NCBI RefSeq assembly: GCF_036321535.1
Contig: NC_087437.1
Location: 74,960,001-75,024,000 of the forward strand
DNA length: 64,000 nt
Direction: 5' to 3'
From: Camelus dromedarius
Lineage: Eukaryota
The notes below the pieces were generated by a model. It saw only the letters and a list, made by a program, of their open reading frames with translations. It was not told the origin of the DNA and made no database searches. Below are positions 14,380-26,135 of the stretch, piece after piece (position 1 is the stretch's first letter; each line of letters begins with the position of its first letter). Made by a program: the position numbers and the translations under genes.

Positions 14380-14620
14380 TAATAGCTATCATTTATGAGT
14401 CATTACTGTATTTTAGACATTCACCCAAGTGCTTTGTATACATTAGCTTCTTACTCCCACAAGCTTACAAGGCTGTTATTATTCTTAAAAAAAAAAAAAA
14501 AAAAAAAGCTTAGAGAAACTAGATAACACTCAAAGTCACAAAGACACTTACACAGCTATGAAGGACAAGGTTGGGTTTAGGCCCAAGCTCCCTGATTTGG
14601 AATCTCATGCTCTTTACCAC
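14380..14620 (-). mobile_element. MIR SINE
   Basis: atttatgagtcattact...aagtgctttgtatacatt...caaagtcaca...catgctctttaccac. Confidence 0.65.
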
Positions 14621-14621
14621 A

Positions 14622-14751
14622 GTGTGTATGTATGTGTGTGTGTGTGTGTGTGTATATATGTGTGTGTGTACATATATATGTACACACACATATGTACACA
14701 TGTATACACACACACATTTTGTAATGCACAGACACACACACACACACACAC
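14622..14751. repeat. Compound (TG)n/(TA)n/(CA)n microsatellite
   Basis: Direct reading; alternating purine-pyrimidine tract. Confidence 0.92.
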
Positions 14752-16014
14752 TTTGCTTCTCTCTGCACTGTGAGACCTGGAGAGACTTGCCTGGTTGTGT
14801 TGCAGCAGAGTTTGGATGTCCTACCGCACATCATCATTTTCTTTAGTTTTTACTTGGTTAATTTTTGTTCTGCGTCTAAGTGTATCATGAGTATTAATTT
14901 TAACGAGTTGCACGTGATCAAAAAGGAGATAATCTGATTGAGTTTGCTGAGACTTTGAAGTGCATCTACTTCTATAATTAGGCACCAATAGAAAATGAAA
15001 ATTTCCCGGAAACCATCTCCCTAATGAACGTGTAGAATCTTTAGTAATTGAAATCATCATGGTATTATCAGCTGAACACTCTGAAAGCCAAATGAATTAA
15101 TAAATAAGCTCCTGTCTGAGCCAGCTTGAATTTTTTTGTGGTGATTGTTTGATAAAAAAATTCAATGGGAAAAAAAACTGTGCACAGCCCAAGGCGTCAA
15201 CTGGAACAAAATGAGCTCCTCCTCTACCAGTTTTCTCTTAGCCTTTAGCAGCATGTACTGTGTTTTCTCGCATTTCACCAGTGAAAACAGATTTCTTGTC
15301 TTCTTTGTTATATTCCTTTCCCTGAACTGCACTATTCTGTTGTCTGGTCCACGTATTATTCCTTGTGTTAACTAGACTTAAATTCCTCAAGGCATGAAGA
15401 TTGCGTCTGGCTGTGTACAGTATGGAGGGCCCTGTTTTCTTTGCACTCACGATTATTCACCAGCTTTGCCTTGCTTATCACAAGATAAGAGAGCAGTTGG
15501 GCCCTTCTGCATGTGTGGAGTGTTCCCTCTACTTGGTTCACTGTGGACATGACATTGCCCTTACCCCTTCTAACACTGCCAAATAGGCGTCTTCTATTGG
15601 GTCCATGTTAGCAAAATTAATTAATAAAAAAACAGTAGTTCTCACTGCCTATTTTTATCACCTGATTATGCTCAGTTTAGCATTTTCCTATCTTGCATTA
15701 TTTTTTGTTTTATATTATTAATTTATTTAATCCCCAAATATAGTAACTTCTTTGAAAACAGAATTTTCCACATTGTGTCTAATGTGTATTAGTAGATTTT
15801 GAAAGAATACTTTTAATTAAATTGAAAGGGATTAGTGTAAAAGACAGTAAATAGTATTGCTGGATATTAAAGTATTTTCAAATAATAGGGTACAACTGAG
15901 TTGTGTTAGTAAATCAGAGGTAAATAAGCTAAACTGAAATCCAGACTGTTAAATTTTATCAAATGGTCCTTAAATATTGAAGTAGTATCAAATCTCAAGT
16001 CACTTTCAACAATT

Positions 16015-16044
16015 ATGATGATGATGATGATGATGATGATGATG
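16015..16044. repeat. (ATG)10 microsatellite at a MIR tail
   Basis: Direct reading. Confidence 0.92.
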
Positions 16045-16265
16045 TAATTACTGTGTGCCAGATGCTGTTCTAAGGGCTCTGTGTGTGTTAACTTACTCAA
16101 ACCTTACAACAGCTCTATAAATAGATACTTTTCTTATCCCCATTTTACAGATGAGAAAATTGAGGTATGCAGAGGTTAAGTAATTTGCCCACATTACATA
16201 ACTCTTAAGTGGTAGAGCTGGGATTTGAATCTTGGCAGTCTGGTCTAATAGTCCTTATTCATAAA
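16045..16265 (-). mobile_element. MIR SINE
   Basis: ccccattttacagatgagaaaattgagg...aggttaagtaatttgccca...gagctgggatttgaatc. Confidence 0.88.
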
Positions 16266-19200
16266 TGCTAACCTATAATGCATTGTTTTAATTTATCATT
16301 GTATATATATACTTGATAATAAAGCAGATTCGTTTATTTCATCTCTACAAGAGCACAAACATGTTTTATATTATCTTAAGTTTTAAAAATACCAAAAATA
16401 AGTTTTAAAAAGAAAGTCACTTTTTACAGGTCACTGCCAGTTACTGAAGCAAAAGAAAAGACCACAAAATTTAAATTAAAAAAAAAAAAACAAAAAACTA
16501 GCTGTTGAAGTCTATCAAAAACCAGGACCTGATTCCTGGTTTTAGAAAGTGGAGCCATGCCATTTACATTTCATTTTAGCCTATAACTGGGTTGAAGAAG
16601 AGAGTTTAGATCTACCTTGAGTAGGAGGCTTGCTCTTCTCCTTAACCAAGACTAAACTTACTAACTAGGTTACTCTTTAAAAAGAACAGCAGGATGACCA
16701 GGTACCTCTGTGTGTCTCTGCTCATGTCTAGAAAGAGCAGAGTTGTGTTAATGCAAGTAAGAGATTTTACTTAAGGAAAAATTACTTAGTTGAGAAGGGG
16801 ATATGACCATGGACTGAAAAGGAAATGGCCCTTAGCTGGAGCTTGGCAGAGCTTTGCAGAGCTTGGCCGTCAGGTATAGAGACAGAGCTGATTTAGTGTT
16901 GTGGCTCAGCTAGTTGAACTCTGTAAAAATTTCCAACTCAAACTTGCAGATATGGGTATGGTTTCTATAGGAATTCAACTGAACTGGGGCATCGTAGCCA
17001 AACCCTATTACAGTCCTGGATGCAAACAGGATCTCTGGAAGATCTTTAGGATACTTATTTCTGAATTCCCAAGAAGAGAGATAATATTTAAAAAGACAAA
17101 TTCCTGATTTTATTTTCAGATTGGGGGGTAGGACTGTAAGTAAATCCTCTAAGGGAAGAAGAGGTGTTCCTGATGGAAGAAGACTCCCTTTGAAATGGTA
17201 GCATTTGGTGCACGAGTCCCCCAGAATGCACAGCGTGCACTTGGATACAGGAGAGCAGACACCAGTTTATTCCTGTAGTTTTGCAATGGGCACCTCCTGG
17301 CACAACTCCTTGAAGGACCTTTTGTGGATTAGAGGATCACTGTTTTCTGTCTTAAAGGAAACCTGAAGTTTGAGAGTGGAGAGAAGTGGTAAGATACACC
17401 CTCGGGAACAAAAAGTAGCATTGAAGAATATCATTGAGGGGACTCAAGACTATAAAAGAAGGAATTTTTAAAGGGTTTTTAAACATCTTCATTCAGACCC
17501 TACATTTATGATTTGGGGTATCTTATGGGGTTTTTTTAAATATTATTTGATAGTTTTCCTGAATTAATTTTTCAGAAAAAGATAAAGGTCTGTGTGTTGT
17601 GCTTGGAAACCGCAGGAGCTAGATAATTTGTCTTTTTCTCTAGTCAGTCCTGTGGGACAGAATCCCCAAGGGAAGAGCTGTTTAGCAAGAGTCATGTGGA
17701 GGAGAGACTAAAAAGCTAGATGCAAGGGTCCTGGAGGGAGAGGGACACAGAAAGAGAGTACCCATGGGGGTTGGGTGAGGGTTCTTAATAACTAGGAAAC
17801 CAGAGAGGTTCCAAATAGGAATAACTCCTCAACCAAAGAGCTTCCTTAATGATTACATGAAGTTTTGTATATAAAGTCTGCAGCAGCACTTAGCACATTT
17901 CTAGCACCTGACCAGGTGGCTTAATCCCACCAGAAAATACTCAGTTCCCCAAAGTATAGAGCAGTTGGCCTGGAATGCTTTCATCACATGCTGTGGCCCC
18001 TGTCCCACACAGCTCGCTAACTCCTACTCTTCCTTTGGGGCCCCCCAAGTATGGATTAGGGCCCCATCTTCTCCTCTTGGTGCCCATGGCACGGCATTCT
18101 CATTCTGGCTTCTCTCACGCTGTATTGGAGTAGTTTGCTTCCTTGTCTGCATTCCCTGCTAGGCTGTATTCAGCGTAATAAGAATGCACTGGGTTCCTGG
18201 CATGGGGGCACGATGCCAGGCTCTGTAAGGTGCCAGATAAAGGCTGAGTTTTCGTAGTGGTTCAGGGAATGTCTGTGGAATTCATGAGCTTGGGTGTATT
18301 GAGAAAATGCAACATGACAAAAGCTACTGTGGTTCCAATAAAACCTTTACATAGTGCTTTACTTTAAAATAATCTCTCTCTTTCTGCCTTCCTCTCTTTC
18401 CATCTCTGTCTCTACTCATCTCTTCGTCAATTTATCTTTAGAAATAATAGTACCTACATGTAAGATATTATGCAGACTACTGTGGTGGTGGTGCAGATTT
18501 TGATGTAGAGATTTCACAGACTGAGAATAATCCAGAACAGATTCAGGACTTTGTCTCTCCCCATCCTGCTCCTCCATGCTCTCCCACACCCCACCAAATA
18601 TCCCCTCTGAATATTTTTTTTTCTAGAAATATCTTCTTGGAAGGTTGCTGATTAGCTCTAAATCTAAACCCAAAAGAATGTAGACCCAGCATGAAAGGGA
18701 CCAGTACTCAGATGAGGTTTCAGTCCTGTATTGAAGGAAGGGAGGCTGGATTTAGGGAGAGAGAGGGATGGTTTGTATAAATAACCTCTCACCACTCCTG
18801 CCCCACCAAACCCGCCTTAAACTTGACCACAGGCCCCCTTTCCCAGTTGAAGGGTTACTTTCTGTGCCATCTGATTTCTGCTCATCTCAAATACCTGGAA
18901 GCCCCTTTTCACCCTGCCCCCTCCCCACTCATCTTACTAGCCAGGCAAATAATTCTGAGGAGTATGTTTGTGTGTGTGTGTTACGTTTAATGTTGCAGAA
19001 GTGCTGAAGATGTTTAACTTTTCGGATTGAATCTCCTTAAAATTACAAATGAATATTGCCACAAATAATATACTTAAAATGCTAGGAATGTAAATTATAT
19101 AAGAAATAGCTGTTTTATTGTTTTTGTGCCATGTTATTTTACAGCTGAAAAACTGTGCTTCCCTTGGAACGTGAAGTTCTTGGAGCACTTCACCATGAAA

Positions 19201-19639
19201 ATGCTCTGTACACTTTTATGATGTGGTAGCTGTAAATTGCTAGCTGTCATATTCTCCCAGGAATGAAATAAGTGTCATTTAGGTGATTAATCCTAGAAAA
19301 GCCACCACACTGGCAGGGTAGGGTGCTACTGCCTTTTGACACAACCAAGCACCTGTCAGAACAATGACCATCGCTGTTTGGAAAGAGCAGTGACAATGTA
19401 TGATTTCTAGGACTAGTTCCGGAGGTCCTGATGAAAGAATTACTCTGAGAGTTAAGTTCTCTGGTTTTCTTAGAGAAAAGAAAGTAAGCCTGTAGTCAGC
19501 CTCTTTTCTTCCAGAAATTTTGCAATGCTAGTCTGTCCTCTGCCAATGAGAACACTGAGGTAGGCGCAGACTTTCCTGGACCGCTTGGTTATGGATGGGC
19601 ATTGTGAGCACATGCTTGCTTGCTTGCTTTAACAAAATT

Positions 19640-19850
19640 TTTATTTTAAGGTAAGTGTAGATTCACATGCTGTTGTAAGAAATAATACGGAGAGATCCCC
19701 TGTACCCTTTACCCGAGTTCTCCCAATGGTACCATCTTGCAAAACTATAGGACAATATGACACAGTCAAGATACAGAACACCTCCATCACCACAGGGATT
19801 CCTCCTGTTGCCCTTTTGTAGCCAGAGTCGCCTCCCTCTCCCCAGTCAGT
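19640..19850 (-). mobile_element. Old L1M 3'-end fragment
   Basis: gtagattcacatgctgttgtaagaaataatacggagagatcccctgtaccctttacccgagttctcccaatggt. Confidence 0.75.
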
Positions 19851-20024
19851 GCCTTTTGAAGAACACTCTGATGCCAGAGATAAAAACAAACTATTCGGCA
19901 GGCATGAATGTTCATCTTTGCCAAGATGTTTAACAGAACCCAGGAGGCAGGGTCAGTTCTGACCGGCGAGGGCTGCGTCTCTTTTCCTGCTGTATCCCCA
20001 TCTCTGCTGTGCTTATATTCCTAG

Positions 20025-20112
20025 GGAGATTCTTCTGTATTTCTTTCCTGAGTATCAGCTACCATCAGAATTTGGCCACAGATCTCTAGAGGAACTTACA
20101 GCGAGCTCTGAG
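20025..20112 (+). CDS. MORC1: MORC1 internal coding exon (88 bp, phase 2 to 0)
   Basis: attcctAG|...|GTaagc; (R)EILLYFFPEYQLPSEFGHRSLEELTASSE vs recalled human REILLYFFPEHQLPSELEEPALSCE. Confidence 0.92.
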
Positions 20113-20894
20113 GTAAGCTGGCTTTTTTTGAACTTTAAGGGACTGACCGAATAGCCTGAATTTAATCTTCAGTGAAGAAAAACGTAAAGTGTTACCAGTG
20201 AGAGGACCTAGCATGGCTTCAGTGAATGACCATGGGGACGTTTATACTAAGTGGATGACTCGGAATTAAAGCTGCACAGAAAACCAGCATGGCCAAGGTT
20301 TAAATAAACCCTGGGAAGATTGTACAGACTGAGGAGTTGGTTGCAGAGATGAAAAGAAACAGGAAATAGTCCCTGACTTTTCTCCTTGCAGCAAAAATAG
20401 TCTCTATCCCTTACATACCCTTCCTCAGCCGCCTTTCATGAGGAGCTGAGGTGAAGACTGGGTCAGCCACGTTAGGTACCCAGAGTCTTGTTAGAATCAT
20501 GAAGACGTCACAAGGAGAGATGAAGAAAATTGTATTTACCAGATCTCCTCTCGAGGGCAGTACCACATACGGTTGGAAGGAAGACTCTGATAGCAGCTGC
20601 CTGGGGCGTGCAGGGTGAGCGTGGCACTGGCTCTCAGTGGGCAGTCCCCGGGCTACTAAGTCATGGCGGGCTGGGGTGACGCTGAGCGAGGTGTGCAGGC
20701 TTGGGGCTGCCAGAGCTGCTCATGGGGCTGGAGAACAGCCCGCAGGGCATAGGAGGCTGGGGCTCCTTCTCCATCTCATGCTCAGTGTAGCTTATGGGAA
20801 GGATGGATACACATGAAAAGAGCACCAAGGGATTAATTGGACAGAGGGACCATATGCCTTAATCTTACTTAATCATATGTCTGGATGAAGTCCT

Positions 20895-21490
20895 TAATAA
20901 CCTACAATCATTGTTTCTGCCTCTTCACCAACTACTCTCACCTCATTCTCTCCCACTGGGCTCTGACTCCACTGCCTCACTGAGCCTGTCTTGTCAGACC
21001 ACCAGTGACCACGATACTGACAAATGCAGCAGTCACTTATCTTATCCGACCTCAAGAGGCCTTCAGCCCAATTGACCACTTTTTCTTTCTTGAGGCACTT
21101 TTTTTTTTTTAATGGAGGTGCTGGGGATTAAACCCAGAACCTCATGCATGCTAAGCATGCGCTCTACCCCTGAGCCACACCCCACCCCCTGCGAAGCACT
21201 GTCTTTGTGTAGCTTCCATGACAACATGCTTATCATTTTCTTGCTTCCCTCCCTCCCTCCCATTCCTTTTGCTGGCAATTCCTCTATTTGATTTCTGAAT
21301 GTTGGCATGTCTGTGGGCTCATTCCTGAACCACTTTCTTCTCTCTGTTAGATGTTGTTTCTAGGCGATCTCAACTAGTCTCTGACTTTAAATACTGTCCC
21401 ACATGCCAGTGACTCCCCAGTTTATTTCTGTGATGCTCCCATCCAAGAAATCCAGACTCCCAACTGCTTTCTTGGTGTCTTTTTGAATGT
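20895..21490 (+). mobile_element. L2 LINE fragment split by a SINE
   Basis: agtcacttatcttatccgacctc...agcttccatgacaac...tgactttaaatac...tgactccc. Confidence 0.6.
21100..21189 (-). mobile_element. tRNA-derived SINE (camelid type), inserted in an L2 remnant
   Basis: T-run + aatggaggtgctggggattaaacccagaacctcatgcatgctaagcatgcgctctacc; pol III A/B-box-like head on the minus strand. Confidence 0.88.
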
Positions 21491-21780
21491 TTATTATTTA
21501 TCATTTACTTTTCCTTCACCTTGATTTTCTCTTTCTTCTGTAATTTTTATAAACCATGTTGTATTAGGTAAGCTGCTTTAATCTTTTGTTTTGGAATGAG
21601 GTGAGGTGTACTGTAGGTAATTAATTTAATTAGATCCAGGCTTAAAAGACCCACAGTACCAATGTTGGCTAGTTGTAGGCAAAGCTTTTGTATACTAGAT
21701 AGTTGCATGTTATAACTCTGCTGTAGACAGCTCGTTCCCTAGAAGTTAATATCCTGTTCTGTTATCATTTATAAAAACAG

Positions 21781-21834
21781 CTGGAGCAGTGCCCAGAGCA
21801 GACAAACAAAAAGCTGAAAATGTGTTTCGACCAG
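21781..21834 (+). CDS. MORC1: MORC1 internal coding exon (54 bp, phase 0)
   Basis: aaacAG|...|GTaagc; LEQCPEQTNKKLKMCFDQ vs recalled human LEQCPEQMNKKLKMCFNQ. Confidence 0.93.
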
Positions 21835-23409
21835 GTAAGCTTCCTTTCAACGTAGTCATTTATATTCTAAACGATCCTACATTCCAAAGGAGAAATAATA
21901 TGCATTTCCAAATGTTACGTTTGGAAGGAAATCAAATTTGCATTCACTTATCAAGACTTAGATTAATGTGTAGCATATCAGATGTCACAAAGCAACATCT
22001 TTTTTGAATTTTAAAGATGCAAATGTTTCCACAGAATAAAGCTTATGAAACACTTGGAGTAGGACTGTGTTTTGAACAAGAAACATGACATTCTGAGACT
22101 TTAAGAAATAGATTCACTGAATCCTCAAGACAGCGTACTACACCAGAAATCACTTGTAGATTAAAGTCTTTATTTTGGACAGTTTGATATCTCTCTGGGT
22201 TTTTTTGTATTCTATCAACAGTTTTTTAAGTTTATGATTTTTCTATTACAAAAGTAGCCCTGAAAGTAATTAGTGCTAATGAAAGAAAGTGAAAGAAATT
22301 TTAAGAAATTCATCCGTGGTCCCATAGCATTCCAAGATCACAGGTTTGTTGGGCTTTTTTTTTTTTTTTTTTTTTTTGGTGTATTTCATTACCACCTTTC
22401 TCTCTCTGGATAGTTTTTTTTTGTATATGTATGTATATAGTTTTCTTACAATACTGTGTGTCTAGTAGTTCCTAAAGATTTCCTGTGGGGGAGGAAAGAG
22501 TCCATAGAGTACTGCAGTTCTACTAGAGAAATATCTCAAAAAATCATATGCCTCCAGCTTCCTTAATTCACACTCAAGGGAATTGAGACTCCAAGATGTG
22601 AACTTGGCCAAGCTAACATAGGGGGTTGATGTTAGAGCCGGTACAGCCACTGAGGTCCCCAGGTACATCACTGAAGCCACAACAGTCTAGAAATGTTCAT
22701 GGCACCAGGATCAATATGGAGATGTTAGGCTCACACTGAGACTTTACCTGGGTTTGCTCAAACAGGTGCCCCAGCTCCATCACTAGCATATATACTAGCG
22801 TCTTTTCCCAAGTGCTTCTGCTTACAGCCATCTTCTGGAAGGCTATCATAATAACATGCAGATCTGTAAAGTCTGGGAGGTGAATGTTGCCCCCTGGAGT
22901 TGTGCAAAGTACAACTATAACCAAAGGCACTGCCTCATCTCTTTTGCAGGGAATGGGGTATATTTGAATACTTATGTTTTATAAATGAAATAGAATTGTG
23001 AAGTAAGTTCTTAAAAGCATATAACAAGGCAAATTTGAAAATTAGAACCTAAACTAGATCTCTTCTTAGAAAGGCTATATCACAAAGTATTTTAGGGTGT
23101 GCCTAAATGTAATCCCCTGCTGATAGGTTTGCCTCAGATGTTTCTGCATGAGTGCCTACTGGCCTGCGATAAGCAACTGGGAAGGAAGGAATATGGTAGT
23201 TCTTGTTCTTAGTTTCTAATCATTGTTCAACTGAAAGTGAATTTATTTTCTGAATAATGTTTTCTGGAGAAAGTAGTAATTGAACATATTCAGCTTGTAG
23301 ACTAACTTGTCAACATTTCCTAGTTAGAATAAAAGAGCTTTTCCCAACATATTTTTGACTCTATTCTAGCACTAATACTATTTTCATCAACGAATGTAAA
23401 ACTATGATT

Positions 23410-23625
23410 GATTGAGAGCCACTAGAGATAGGCACCGAACAAGGCCTTTTCTATATGTTACCTTATTTAACTCTCATAACAACTTTGGGAGTGGATGCCA
23501 CTACTTCCATGTCAGTAATGAGGTAATGGAGAGTCAGAGAGATAATCTTCCAATGCCATGATGCAAGTAAGTAGCACATTCAGGACTGGAACCCAGGTTT
23601 GTCCCAGTGCACAGCTCTTTTCACT
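23410..23625 (-). mobile_element. MIR SINE
   Basis: ttatttaactctcataacaac...caggactggaacccaggttt. Confidence 0.65.
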
Positions 23626-24446
23626 GTGCCGCTTTCCTCCATCTCGTTCTTATCCAGATGGTAACACTTCATCCATGGGGTAGTGTTTGCATGTATTACT
23701 TGCAATGGGTATACTACAGCTTCTCAGCCTATTGGTATAAAAGAATTACTGTTTGCTTTCCAGAGACCTTGACATTACATGATACAATGTATATGGGGAG
23801 ATGACAACAATAAAATATGATGTGGGGAGGTCATGTGGTAGGCAGGTTGTTTAATGTCCCACCAGGAATTGTCCCAACTCTTAAGTCTGTAGCAGCCGGT
23901 TTGACAAATTACCAGTAAGGCTCCTGAATCTTCCCACAGATCTTTGACTACTGGTCAGGGAACTCTGAGTTAAATATCTTCACTACAAAGCTTAGAAATT
24001 TGCTAAGAATTAGTTTGTCATACATCTCAGTGTGTCCTTGCTTGTCTATGCCCTTCACGTCTGTTTCTAAATGTTGTTTTTTCAGCGTCAACACTCAGTA
24101 ATGGAGCCAAGTTGTGGGGTCTTGGAGGCCAGGCTGAATAATTCAGTGTCTATTCAGGGTGTTAGCATAGATGATGAGTAGAATCCTTTTAATGTTCAGG
24201 GCAAGTTCAGAGAATCAAAGCAAGATAAACAGACAGGAGGCCATGAGTTCCTGCTGAAACTGAGATGTTGCAAGCAAAATGCAGAACAACTGGAGTCATG
24301 ATTTCCCTCACATGAAATTGCCTGGTCTTAAGGACTTTATTAATGATTGGTAGCTTTAAGTGGATGGTTATGAGAACTATTAAATCATTCGTTGCAATCC
24401 ATGTAGAGGACAACTCTATGCACCTTGCTTTAAAGTGTGTACTTTT

Positions 24447-24527
24447 TTTTTTAAAATGGAGGTACCAGTGAACCTAGGACCTTGTGAATGCTAAGCATGC
24501 ACTCTACCACTGATTTGACCCCCAACC
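24447..24527 (-). mobile_element. tRNA-derived SINE (camelid type)
   Basis: Same family motif; TSD aaagtgtgtactttt (24432-24446) / aaaatgtgtactttt (24528-24542). Confidence 0.85.
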
Positions 24528-25739
24528 AAAATGTGTACTTTTAATAAACAGAGCCACATCAAACTGTAGGAGGACCTTTGGGAAATTACAGACTTCTTTG
24601 GTCACCTCACTTTGACCACACTAGTGGTTTTAACAACTACTAAGGGTAGCAGGTGATTCCTGACGGCATTGGTGGTCCTGTGCAACCCAACCTGAACCAC
24701 CGTCTTTTAAACTTTCCTCTTACCAGCCATCTGCTCCATCCAAAATGGAGTTGCTCCAGCCTACTAGCCTGGCCTGCCTCTGGGCCTTTTCCTATGCTGT
24801 CCCCTAGAATACTCTTCTCCACTTTTCCAGTCCACAGATGGCCTCTTGAAATCCTGCCCACCCTTCGTAGAGCCTGCTCAGTGCTGTCTTCTCCATCACG
24901 CCTACTTCAGTCTCTCCATGTTAATTTTGGTGTTCTGAGAGAACCTTCAGACTCTATTTTAGCATTAATTAAATTTTTGGCTTTGTACTGGAGTATTCTC
25001 TTGTATTTTATTTTCTCTTCAACTAGATTATAGAATCCTTGAAATTCACAGTTTTCCCTTATCTAGCTCGACAGAAGCATCAGTAAGCGCCCTTGAACAC
25101 ACCTGCCCCTGAACCATCGTGCACTGAGTCAGAGTTGATTGTTTCTGCTGTAGAGCCCGCTCACATCCACACATACATATTCTCCTGAGTAGGGTATAAA
25201 AGCTCTAGACAGATCTTGTGGGCCTGCCTTGTTTTGTGCAAACTTGGTGGGATTCTGGAGCTTCAGAGCTGCTAGAGCTGTGACGTTTTGAATTCAAGGC
25301 AGAAAATTAAAATCTCAGTCGAATATTCTTTCTTTCAACTCCTAATTCCATTCTGAAATAATGGGGTTTGGAAGAATTCCATTTTTGATCTGTCACAAAT
25401 ACCTCCACAAGAGTAGGTTTAACCAGCAGAACTAGCCTCTCATCACATTACAGCTCTCTACGCACCATAATTAAAATGTTAAAAACAACTAGAAGTCCTT
25501 TTACATTAAGCTTTAAAAGTTGTCAAAATTGATACCTTTTATAGAAACCTCCTGGAGTTTTTAGCCTACAAAAGACAGAAGCTTAAATTAGGAAGCTGGC
25601 TAAACTGGCTGGTAGTGTTTGAAGGGAACATAGTTTACTGGTTACAAGAGAGGCTGAGACGACTTTGAATGTAGTGTGCTATATAAACATTCTTACTGTC
25701 GTGCTGTGGTAACAGTGCTGCCTTTTGAACTTCAAAAAA

Positions 25740-26135
25740 CATGATTATAGATACACAGCAAATTACAAAATCATAGAGAGGTCCCAGGTACCCTTCACCT
25801 AATGTTCCCCAGTGCTTACATTTTACATAATTATATAATTACAGTAAGGTATAAAAACCAGGAAATTGGTCAAATGTGTGTCTCATTTTATCATATGTGT
25901 AGCTTGTATAACCACCACCACCACAATCAGGATGCAAACTCCCATTACCACAAAGATACCCCTGTGCTATCCCTGTATAGTCACACCCCACGACGCACAA
26001 ACAGCCCTCACCCCGGGCGGCCACCCATCTGTCCTCCATCTCCATAATTCTGTCATCTGAGGAATGTGATGGGACCGTACAGTAGGCGTCGCTTTCCTAT
26101 TGGCTTTATTCGCCCCACGTAATGCCCTTCAATAG
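25740..26135 (-). mobile_element. Old L1M 3'-end fragment
   Basis: atagatacacagcaaattacaaaa...gtacccttcacc...accaccaccacaatcaggatgca...ccattaccacaaagat. Confidence 0.75.

Noticed and set aside
14519..14846. Cys/Val- and His/Thr-rich ORFs
   Set aside because: Translations of the TG/CA microsatellite
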